Of a stretch of DNA of 42,329 nucleotides, positions 18,627 through 27,343 are shown in pieces. Each line of letters begins with the position of its first letter. The stretch's first letter is position 1. The notes beneath the pieces are model-generated. The model had not been told where the DNA came from and searched no databases. It saw nothing but the letters and a program-made list of their open reading frames with translations. This DNA is from Fibrobacterales bacterium (GTDB lineage Bacteria; Fibrobacterota; Fibrobacteria; Fibrobacterales; JAOPTW01), in contig JAOPTX010000079.1 of NCBI GenBank assembly GCA_051532055.1, forward strand, positions 1 to 42,329, in the 5' to 3' direction. The position numbers were made by a program, and so were the translations under genes.

Positions 18627-21600
18627 ATGAAGAGAGGATATCTCTATTCGTTTCTATTGGTAAGTATTTTCACTTTCATTTTAGTAGGATGTATCTCAGG
18701 TTTTGATGACTATGTTGATGTCAAAAAAGAGACCGATGCAATCGTTACTGAATTCGTGATCTTAGAAAACTCATCAGATCTCTGTAATGACAGTTTAGAT
18801 AACGACAACGATGCCCTCTTTGATTGTTATGACCCTGACTGTGGTATGATTGAGTATTGTAACCCTGAGTATAATTGTGCAGACACCCTCGATAATGACC
18901 TTGATGGATTCGTTGATTGCAGTGACCCCGACTGTATTAATACCGAAGAATGTAATAAGCCCGTAGAAAATACTTTTGAATTGTGCCATGATACCCAAGA
19001 TAATGACTCAGACCTCCTTATAGATTGTCTTGACCCTGAATGCTCTTATTTCTGTGCGGATTCATTGGAGAATACACTGGTTAAGTGTATGGATAATATT
19101 GATAACGACCAAGATAGTCTCGTAGATTGTAAGGACCCCGATTGTAGTAGCTTTCAGATGTGCCAACCTGTAGAAGAAAATACTCTTACACTCTGTAACG
19201 ATTTTATTGATAATGATGCGGATGCCCTTGTTGATTGTGACGATGACGGTTGTTCTCAAATGGCCTTTTGTCTAGAGCCTGGTGAAAATACGTATATCAC
19301 TTGTACCGATAGTGTTGATAATGATGGTGACACCTTTGTCGATTGTGATGACGATGGTTGTAAAGGTTTTGAGATATGTCTGCCTGATGGAGAAAACACC
19401 TACATAAAATGTAGTGATGGTATCGATAATGATGATGATTTACTTATTGACTGTGAAGACCCGAACTGTAGTGGGGTACCTGTTTGTATGGGGCTCGCTG
19501 AGAATACAGATGTAGAGTGTAAGGATGGTATTGATAATGATGGAGATGCTCTTATTGATTGTTCTGATGACGACTGTAGTAGTTTTGCGTGGTGTTTGCC
19601 CTCCGTAGAGAATACCGTTGATCTTTGCAAAGATACTTTTGATAATGATGGTGATGCTCATATTGATTGTGCAGATTCTGATTGTCAGCAAATGGAGCAT
19701 TGTTTACCACCGGGTGAAAATACTTATAAAACGTGTACTGATTTGATTGATAATGATAGTGACGGACTCATTGATTGTGCTGATGATGAGTGTAAATCTT
19801 TTGAAGCATGCTTGCCAGATGGAGAAAATACTTATGCTCGATGTACCGATACGATTGATAATGATGGTGACTTACTCATCGACTGTGATGACCCAAACTG
19901 TGGTGGGGTTCCTGTGTGTATGGGCCTTGTAGAGAATACAGCTGTTGAATGTAATGATAAAATAGACAATGATGGGGACAATCTCATTGATTGTTCCGAT
20001 GATGACTGTAGTAGCTTTTTATGGTGTCTACCATCTGTAGAAAATACTGTGGTTCTCTGTCAAGATGGTGTTGATAATGATGGTGACTCAAATGTTGATT
20101 GTGATGATTCAGATTGTACACAAATGAATCACTGTATTATTCCTGGTGAAAATACTTATGTAGCATGTAGTGATGGTATTGACAATGATACAGATGGACT
20201 CATTGACTGCCTAGATAATGATTGCTCAGGATTTGATAACTGTCTTCCCCCAGGTGAGAATACGTACATTCGTTGTTCTGATGGGATTGATAATGATAGT
20301 GATACTGACATTGACTGTGATGACAGTGACTGTAGTGGTGTTTCAATCTGTCTTAATGCTGCGGAAAACACTATAGCCGAATGTCAAGATGGTGTTGATA
20401 ATGATAGTGATACTTTTATTGATTGTGCTGATGATGAATGTAATCAGTTTCAATTTTGCCAGCCCGCAGTTGAAAATACTGATATACTTTGCTCTGATGG
20501 TCTCGATAATGACAATAATAATTTGACAGACTGTGATGATCCTGGCTGCAAATTTATTAGCTCTTGCTTAGTTTTCGAAAATACAAATGCTGTATGTGGA
20601 GATGGTATTGATAATGATAGTGATGGTGATATTGACTGTGCTGATAATGATTGTGATGGACAGCCTGTTTGTATGCCTGTAGGAGAGAATACCGCGACCA
20701 AATGTGTTGATGGTATAGATAATGACGGTGACTTAAAGATAGATTGTGATGATGAAGATTGTGCTGGAATACAGGCTTGTATTAAGGAAGAAAATACTAT
20801 TCCTCGATGTAGCGATGGATTAGATAATGATAATAACGGTGTGGCTGACTGTGATGATCCTAATTGCCAGAGGTTTTTTAGTATATGTCCTGCAGCTGTT
20901 GAGAATACACAATTATTGTGTCAAGATAACATTGATAATGACAGTAATGGAGACGTTGACTGTGCTGATGATGGATGTAAATTATTTGATTTTTGTCAGG
21001 AGAATACCTCAATTACTTGTGGAGATAATTTTGATAATGATTTGGATGGAGATATTGATTGTGATGACATTGAATGTGCTGCATTTTGTGAGTCGGATGA
21101 ATTAAGTTGTTTACCGCCAGGGTACCAGTTTAGAGATAGAATTGCTTTTCAGGTTAATATTTACGATTATCATGGACAAGAAAATGGAAATTGCAGTCGA
21201 GGTAACGTTCATGATAATTTTGGTTGTGAAGATAAGCCTGGAGGTGTTGTTACCGGGATGGTTCGAAATAAATTAAGCTCGAAAGGGTTGCCTCAATTAA
21301 AAGCAAATTTAGAAAATAATGCATATATTGAAGAGTGGTGGGATAGGGATGGACGTGGAACTTGGTATGCTGATAATGTCTACTTTCAACTCAACCCAAT
21401 CGATTCCAGTTATGTTTTTGAAGACAATACTTACTTTCCGTTAGATAATATAGTGGGCTATCGAAATTATGGTTTTGCAATGCACTTCCATAAACCTTTT
21501 ATGTATCTCGAAAAGGACGCAGACAAACAGACATTTACATTTCATGGTGATGATGATGTTTTTGTGTATGTTGATAATCAACTTATTCTTGATATAGGCG

Positions 21601-21773
21601 GTATACATCAAGCTGCTTCAGGTTCTTTTAACTTAAAGCATATAGCTGATAGTTTAGGTATTCAAAATGGAGAGGTTGTAAATTTTGACTTTTTTATCGC
21701 TGAGCGTCAGCCTGTTGGGTCAGAGGCTAAAATAACAATGAAGTTACCATGCTTGGTTGGTGGGCAATTTTAG
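18627..21773 (+). CDS. Lipoprotein with 22 Cys/Asp-rich repeats and C-terminal fibro-slime (PA14-like) domain
   Basis: Lipobox LVGC; repeats ENTxxxCxDxxDNDxDxxxDCxDxxC; YFPLD..NYGFAMH..FTFHGDDDVFVYVDNQLILDIGGIH..FFIAER (fibro-slime). Confidence 0.92.
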   Translation: MKRGYLYSFLLVSIFTFILVGCISGFDDYVDVKKETDAIVTEFVILENSSDLCNDSLDNDNDALFDCYDPDCGMIEYCNPEYNCADTLDNDLDGFVDCSDPDCINTEECNKPVENTFELCHDTQDNDSDLLIDCLDPECSYFCADSLENTLVKCMDNIDNDQDSLVDCKDPDCSSFQMCQPVEENTLTLCNDFIDNDADALVDCDDDGCSQMAFCLEPGENTYITCTDSVDNDGDTFVDCDDDGCKGFEICLPDGENTYIKCSDGIDNDDDLLIDCEDPNCSGVPVCMGLAENTDVECKDGIDNDGDALIDCSDDDCSSFAWCLPSVENTVDLCKDTFDNDGDAHIDCADSDCQQMEHCLPPGENTYKTCTDLIDNDSDGLIDCADDECKSFEACLPDGENTYARCTDTIDNDGDLLIDCDDPNCGGVPVCMGLVENTAVECNDKIDNDGDNLIDCSDDDCSSFLWCLPSVENTVVLCQDGVDNDGDSNVDCDDSDCTQMNHCIIPGENTYVACSDGIDNDTDGLIDCLDNDCSGFDNCLPPGENTYIRCSDGIDNDSDTDIDCDDSDCSGVSICLNAAENTIAECQDGVDNDSDTFIDCADDECNQFQFCQPAVENTDILCSDGLDNDNNNLTDCDDPGCKFISSCLVFENTNAVCGDGIDNDSDGDIDCADNDCDGQPVCMPVGENTATKCVDGIDNDGDLKIDCDDEDCAGIQACIKEENTIPRCSDGLDNDNNGVADCDDPNCQRFFSICPAAVENTQLLCQDNIDNDSNGDVDCADDGCKLFDFCQENTSITCGDNFDNDLDGDIDCDDIECAAFCESDELSCLPPGYQFRDRIAFQVNIYDYHGQENGNCSRGNVHDNFGCEDKPGGVVTGMVRNKLSSKGLPQLKANLENNAYIEEWWDRDGRGTWYADNVYFQLNPIDSSYVFEDNTYFPLDNIVGYRNYGFAMHFHKPFMYLEKDADKQTFTFHGDDDVFVYVDNQLILDIGGIHQAASGSFNLKHIADSLGIQNGEVVNFDFFIAERQPVGSEAKITMKLPCLVGGQF
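18765..21089 (+). repeat. Intragenic tandem repeat, ~108-bp unit x22, with 432-bp higher-order periodicity
   Basis: 22 C-x-D-x-x-DND units counted; DNA at 19461 and 19893 is closely similar (offset 432). Confidence 0.9.
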
Positions 21774-21801
21774 CAATTATTCAAATAATCTATTATAAAA
21801 T

Positions 21802-21832
21802 AAGCCTATCACAACCGTGGTAGGCTTTTCTT
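21802..21832 (+). terminator. Intrinsic terminator
   Basis: AAGCCTATCAC-AACC-GTGGTAGGCTT followed by TTCTT, 29 bp after the stop. Confidence 0.75.
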
Positions 21833-21941
21833 ATTCCCTATTTAGAATTTCAATAATATTTCTACCTTTTAACCTGATGAGTGCGTCTGGGTAATGTCTT
21901 TGTTTTTGTAAGCACTTACGTGGTTTTGTTTAGGGTCTAAA

Positions 21942-24900
21942 ATGAAAAAATTCATATTAATAGTTTGTCTATTGTCTCTCCTTGGGGCGTGTAATTTATT
22001 TGATAGTAGCGGTAGTAATACCAGGGACTATGTTATTTCGGTAGAGAGTAATAAAAGCCTCCCCATTGATAGTATTCAAGCGAAAGTGATTGTTGATAGT
22101 GATACGACTTATTATTCTTTTTCTAGAGAACAGCTCAATAGAACTCCGATAGACTCATTAAGTGAAAAAATATCTGCTACACTGCAGCTTACTGGCGATA
22201 AAAGTGATAGCACTGTTGTAGAATATCAGTGCTACAGTGATGGAGTTCCGATTATTGATAAGGCAACTCATTTTGAATTTGGGGGAGGGGAGCTTACCCA
22301 TAGTGGTGGACGAGACTCTTTACTTGTTGAGTATGTAACTGAGTACAATAGTAAGAAGCTCTCCTATGATATGATTCAGAATGATTCAGCTCAAATGGAA
22401 GCGGTATGGCTACAAAACAGAGAAACTTTAAAAGAGATAACTGTTCGGTACATGCTTGATAACGATTCCAGCACTCGTAATGTGTATGCTGCTTTTAAAA
22501 ATCACTCACTCCATACTTACCTTATGGATTCTACCGTTGCCGATACTCTAGGGCTATATAGTGCAGTTAGAGATTCATTAATTTCACGTGAAGTAAACGT
22601 CGATTCTGTTTTTGCACAGCTGTTGGCACCGGGTGGTGATGTTGCTCAACTATTGGCCGAAATTCCTAATCCGATAGAAAAAATATTACCTGATGAGCCC
22701 ATTGCCCGATTTCGTTTTTCTGGTACCATAACCTCACACGCAAATGAAGTAGCCTTGGTTTATCTTCATATATGGGGAGATAGTATCATTGATACAATAG
22801 TGCGACCTATGCTGTATGACGCAGCATTGGGTGAGTACAATGGGTATCTCGATCTCTTTGAGCTTGGCGAAAGATATACTGTGTCGGCTCATGTGTATGA
22901 TGCGGATAGTCTGTTGACGGGCTTTATAAGTAAAGTTTTTGATATCAGTACTTTTGATGTTACGCTGGCGGGTATTGATGGGTGGAATGCGAAGCCGTTT
23001 GTGAGTATTGATTCGTTACCCAGTTATTCTATAGGTGATGTAGTAGAGGTTAGCTTTCACGCTAAAGATACATTAGGGAGTCAATCAAATTTGAGCATAT
23101 GGGTCAGTCATGGTACATTGGATTATACGTTAGTTCAGGATTTTAAGCATATGATTTTTTTGCCTGCAATAGATACTGTTGGTTATTCTATAAAAGCAAA
23201 AGCTATCGACTCAGATGGTAACATATCTTATACAACAAGAAATATCAATATTTTAAAAGATGTACCCGTAGTTGAATTAGGTGAAAAATTTATTGTTGGT
23301 AAACTGAACATTGTTGAATATAAGGTAAGTATCGAACAACAATTTGGAGCTATTGTCAATCAATATTGGGACTTTAATGGTGATGGAGTAATTGATGATA
23401 CATTGTCAGGAAATGGTATCTCAAATTATCATTTCACTAAATCGGGACTCTATACCAGCTGGTTATTTGTAAAAGATGATGATGGGAATATTGGGAAAGA
23501 CTCAGTGACTGTTACCGTTATAAATCAGCCACCACTAATTTCCTCTATGCAAATAGATACAGTTGTATTATTAGGCTCATCAATGAGTGCGACTTGCAAT
23601 GTATCAGATGAGGATGGCGTGATTACACACTACGAGTGGGATTTTGATGGGAATGGCATATTTGAATACCAACAAGCTACTAATACTTCTATAGAATACT
23701 TGTTTAAGCACCCTGGAACTCATACAGTATTTTTGAAAATAACGGATGATGAGGGGCTTATTGCTATTGATTCAGTAGAAGTAAAAGTAAATTCTGCTCC
23801 GTATATTAATCAAGGCTTGACTGATACAGTTACTGTAATGGAAGATGAGGAGGTACAATTTGGGTTGTCAGCTTCTGACTTCAATGGTGATGTAATCAAC
23901 TGGTCAATATTGGACTCAACTGATAATGGGCTTATACTATTAAACAATATTATCCAAGATTCACTTATAATTTTATATAGGCCCAGTGAAAATTTCGAAG
24001 GATTAGACTCATTAAGTGTGATTGCTATAGATGTTTATGGGGCAACTGATACTATCAATCTATATGTTTCTGTTAAGGCTATTAATGATTTTCCAACTAT
24101 AAATGGAATCCCTGAAATATCTGGAAATGTAGAGTTTGAGCATATTTTAACTGCCATTTCAAATTGTTCTGATATAGAAGATTCAAACACACAACTTCAA
24201 TACGTTTGGTATGTTGATGATGATAAAAATAGTTTTGATGGTGACTCTATAGGTGTTGGAGCGGATATTATTCTGCCAGCTATAAGTGTAGAAAAGTACC
24301 TGTATTTTAAGGTTAGCTGTATCGATAGCGAAAATGGAATAGATTCTACTTACTCATCTTATTCCGGTGAGGTTACATCTAAAAAATTGATCATTGAAAT
24401 AGATACGGATAGTAGCGATGCTGGGCTGGACGTACGTATTCCATTAAATGGAAATGTCGATGTAGTTATTGATTGGGGTGATGGAAATAATGAGGTTGGC
24501 ATATCAGCTAGCCTTTATTCCCATACATACAGCTCTGAAGGCAAGTACATGGTTACAATTTCAGGTAATGTTGAACATTTGGGCTGTAATGAGCTCAGTG
24601 ATTATTTTAATAATTTATGTGTTTCAGATAATTTAATCAAAGTTTATAGCTTTGGTCAAATAGGCTTGAATAGCTTGGGATGGGCCTTTGTAGGATCGAA
24701 CATTACCACCGTTCCCAAAATTTTACCTGAAACAGTTACTAATTTGTCAGGTGCATTTAAGAACGCATCTAAATTCAATGAATCAATCATGTGGGATACA
24801 AAAAATGTGACTGATATTAGTTGGACTTTTAGTGGAGCGTGGATTTTTAATTCAAATATTAATCACTGGGATGTTCGTAATGTAACAAACATGAAGGGTG

Positions 24901-25469
24901 CTTTTAGTGGGGCTAGGAATTTTAATCAAGACTTAAATGATTGGGAAACATTAAAAGTAGTAAATATGGGATGGATGTTTTCTTCTGCAATTAGCTTTAA
25001 TGGAGACATTTCTAAATGGAATGTTGGTGAAGTAACTGAAATGTTATATATGTTTGAAAATGCGACATCTTTTAATAGAGATTTAAACAATTGGGATGTC
25101 CTTAATGTTCTAGATATGGCGGCTATGTTTTCATATGCGAGTTCATTTGATGGGGATTTAAGTAAATGGCAAGTTAAAAACGTTATCAATATGAATAGTA
25201 TGTTTCGGGATGCGACGTTATTTTCCGGAGATATTATTGAATGGGACGTTTCAAATATTTCTAAAAATTTAGTTTATTTTTTGTATGGAACAAGTATTTC
25301 ACTTGAAACGTACAGTGAGATTTTAATTGAATGGGCAAAGCTACCTTTACAAAGCAATATTACTTTAGACATGGGGGAGCTTAATTATCACAGCAGCGCA
25401 ATTGAGGCAAGGAAAAAAATTACCGAAGATTTTGGTTGGGATATTGACGATGGGGGGCTTGAACCTTGA
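21942..25469 (+). CDS. Large surface lipoprotein: PKD domains, Ig/cadherin-like domain, BspA/DUF285 repeats
   Basis: Lipobox LGAC; YWDFNGDG and YEWDFDGNG (PKD); EDE..YRPSENFEGLDSL..INDFP (Big_9-like); IDWGDG; ~6-7 25-aa W.V..V.NM..MF..A..FN.D repeats at ~24720-25270. Confidence 0.9.
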   Translation: MKKFILIVCLLSLLGACNLFDSSGSNTRDYVISVESNKSLPIDSIQAKVIVDSDTTYYSFSREQLNRTPIDSLSEKISATLQLTGDKSDSTVVEYQCYSDGVPIIDKATHFEFGGGELTHSGGRDSLLVEYVTEYNSKKLSYDMIQNDSAQMEAVWLQNRETLKEITVRYMLDNDSSTRNVYAAFKNHSLHTYLMDSTVADTLGLYSAVRDSLISREVNVDSVFAQLLAPGGDVAQLLAEIPNPIEKILPDEPIARFRFSGTITSHANEVALVYLHIWGDSIIDTIVRPMLYDAALGEYNGYLDLFELGERYTVSAHVYDADSLLTGFISKVFDISTFDVTLAGIDGWNAKPFVSIDSLPSYSIGDVVEVSFHAKDTLGSQSNLSIWVSHGTLDYTLVQDFKHMIFLPAIDTVGYSIKAKAIDSDGNISYTTRNINILKDVPVVELGEKFIVGKLNIVEYKVSIEQQFGAIVNQYWDFNGDGVIDDTLSGNGISNYHFTKSGLYTSWLFVKDDDGNIGKDSVTVTVINQPPLISSMQIDTVVLLGSSMSATCNVSDEDGVITHYEWDFDGNGIFEYQQATNTSIEYLFKHPGTHTVFLKITDDEGLIAIDSVEVKVNSAPYINQGLTDTVTVMEDEEVQFGLSASDFNGDVINWSILDSTDNGLILLNNIIQDSLIILYRPSENFEGLDSLSVIAIDVYGATDTINLYVSVKAINDFPTINGIPEISGNVEFEHILTAISNCSDIEDSNTQLQYVWYVDDDKNSFDGDSIGVGADIILPAISVEKYLYFKVSCIDSENGIDSTYSSYSGEVTSKKLIIEIDTDSSDAGLDVRIPLNGNVDVVIDWGDGNNEVGISASLYSHTYSSEGKYMVTISGNVEHLGCNELSDYFNNLCVSDNLIKVYSFGQIGLNSLGWAFVGSNITTVPKILPETVTNLSGAFKNASKFNESIMWDTKNVTDISWTFSGAWIFNSNINHWDVRNVTNMKGAFSGARNFNQDLNDWETLKVVNMGWMFSSAISFNGDISKWNVGEVTEMLYMFENATSFNRDLNNWDVLNVLDMAAMFSYASSFDGDLSKWQVKNVINMNSMFRDATLFSGDIIEWDVSNISKNLVYFLYGTSISLETYSEILIEWAKLPLQSNITLDMGELNYHSSAIEARKKITEDFGWDIDDGGLEP

Positions 25470-25652
25470 TAGGTTTACAAAAAAGAGAGTCAGCGACTCA
25501 GAAAGGACTTGCCGTATAGTGTTCTACACTCAAAATTCACTTAATTTTGTCGTGTTTTCTGTCGTTGGGTTTAGATTTTAATAACCAATTCTCATAGGCA
25601 AGAATCGCCTAAATAGTTTGAATGCGATATTTCGAGAGGGATAAATTAATAA

Positions 25653-25686
25653 CAAAAAAAAGGATCTGAACAAACAGGTCCTTTTC
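25653..25686. terminator. Bidirectional terminator between convergent genes
   Basis: AAAAAAAAGGATCTG-AACAAA-CAGGTCCTTTT. Confidence 0.7.
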
Positions 25687-25712
25687 AATAGGGTCAACCA
25701 AATACCACACTA

Positions 25713-26564
25713 CTATGAAGCATCGGATTGTTCGTCTTGAGGGCCTCCTTCATTATGTTGCGCATCGATGATTTTTTTCTTTTTTGCTTTAAGAGAATTA
25801 TACTGTTTGCGTTTGTATTCGCTCAAAAAAGTATCGAGTGTTTTTTTGTCGTGTTTAAAAACAAAGCGTGCCCATCGGCGGATCTCTTCAACAGTTTCAC
25901 TTAAATGCGTTATAGCTTGATCACAGATAACGCGGTATTTTGAATAGCGATCGAGTTGGGCGGCAGTACGGATGCCATTAAGCTCTACTGAAAGTATTTT
26001 TGCTTTAGCTAGGTTGGTGATGTCATATCGAAGTTCCTGCAATTCTTCAGTCATGTTCTCACCCATACGAGAAAGGTCCATGAGGTCTTGAATCATGTCA
26101 CTTATGGTAAATCCTTTTGAGATGTTTTTCAAAATTGCCATTTTTTCAGATTTATTATGTGATGCAAACTTAAGGTAGTCATAAAGAGTATCGCGAAGCT
26201 CTTTGGCTTCAGGTTTTTTGAGACTCCATGCATTGCCCTCTTCTATAGAAAGTTTCAGGTTACTATTTGCGATTCGTGCGGCGCCCAGACGTCTGATTAG
26301 TTGTATCTGTAATGGCGCATCAAAGCCGCGAGTCAAGAGTGAGTCCATGGTATGATCCACAACTTTAAACAGGCTTTCACCTTCTGAGATATAGCGGTCG
26401 GCTATCATGCCAGAACTATAGATCTTTTCAATAGCTTGAATAGCTTCAAGTTCTTCATCATAAAACCGTTCATAATCTTTTATAGGCATTTTTTCATCAA
26501 TTGAAACTAATTCTACTTCAGTTGTTTGTTTTGCTTCTGCGATTGTATTTTTGTTTTTAGACAT
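25713..26564 (-). CDS. Uncharacterised alpha-helical protein
   Basis: ATG at 26564 preceded by GAGGA (the longer start at 26624 lacks an RBS). Helical, charged sequence; DMIQDLMDLSRMG and DQAITHLSETVEEIRRWARFVF segments. Confidence 0.8.
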   Translation of the reverse strand: MSKNKNTIAEAKQTTEVELVSIDEKMPIKDYERFYDEELEAIQAIEKIYSSGMIADRYISEGESLFKVVDHTMDSLLTRGFDAPLQIQLIRRLGAARIANSNLKLSIEEGNAWSLKKPEAKELRDTLYDYLKFASHNKSEKMAILKNISKGFTISDMIQDLMDLSRMGENMTEELQELRYDITNLAKAKILSVELNGIRTAAQLDRYSKYRVICDQAITHLSETVEEIRRWARFVFKHDKKTLDTFLSEYKRKQYNSLKAKKKKIIDAQHNEGGPQDEQSDAS

Positions 26565-26817
26565 ACTGTCCTCAGTAGTGGTACCAACATCATTAGTAGG
26601 TTCTTCTCTATGGGTACCGTGCATAGAGGAGTGTTAGTTGTTAATCAGTGCAAGTAATAGTTCTCTCATCTGATACATCTATTAGACGACAGTGCAAGAA
26701 CCATTGTTACCAGAAGATTAAAAGAGTGTGAATGTTTTATGAAACTTTACAAAAGTTGCTGGTTATTTAAAAAAAAACAATACTTTGTAAACCCAAAAAG
26801 ATCTAATGGGTAGTCGT

Positions 26818-27280
26818 ATAGAGGGGTTTAAGTCAGCAATGAATCATATGAATAGGTCAGATGAACTGCTCAGTATGGGATCGAGAACACTATTTGACTC
26901 ATAAGAAGTATTTTAGGAAAGGTACGCTTGTTTTAAATGCTGTGATGACGCTATGGTGTTTCGTCTGAGAGCTTTTGTAGTTTCAAATAGAGGGTTGTGT
27001 CGCCCTGCATGGTTGTTATGGCCTTGATATGAGAGTCTTCAAGTTGACGTATGATGCTTCCATGATTCTCATGAGAAGATTCATAAGTCATGCATGGTAT
27101 TTTATTGGACCTAATGGAATAATGACTCGCTTGTCATAGAGCTTTCAAGACTTGAGTTGGAGAAATACCAAACGTCATACGGTGATATGCTCGGCTAAAT
27201 GGAATTTTGTTTCCTCTGTATGAAGCTTTTAAGACTCAACTGAGAGGATACATAACTACCATTGAGAGTTGGTCACTACT
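26818..27280. repeat. Degenerate ~21-bp periodic non-coding array (~22 units)
   Basis: ATG/ATAG/CTGAGAG-type anchors recur every 20-23 bp (26818, 26839, 26861 ... 27199, 27220, 27240, 27262); no ORF of 60 aa or more in any frame. Confidence 0.7.
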
Positions 27281-27343
27281 ACCCCCAATGTTTATTGTAG
27301 AGAGGGTAGCAGTAGTAGGCTTTAGTTTATTTTGAAGACTTAT

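Noticed and set aside
18795..21105. Many short alternative-frame ORFs in the repeat gene
   Set aside because: By-products of the GAT/AAT/TGT-rich repeat coding sequence.
26818..27280. CRISPR array
   Set aside because: No identical repeats separated by unique spacers, the period is only ~21 bp, and no cas genes are present.
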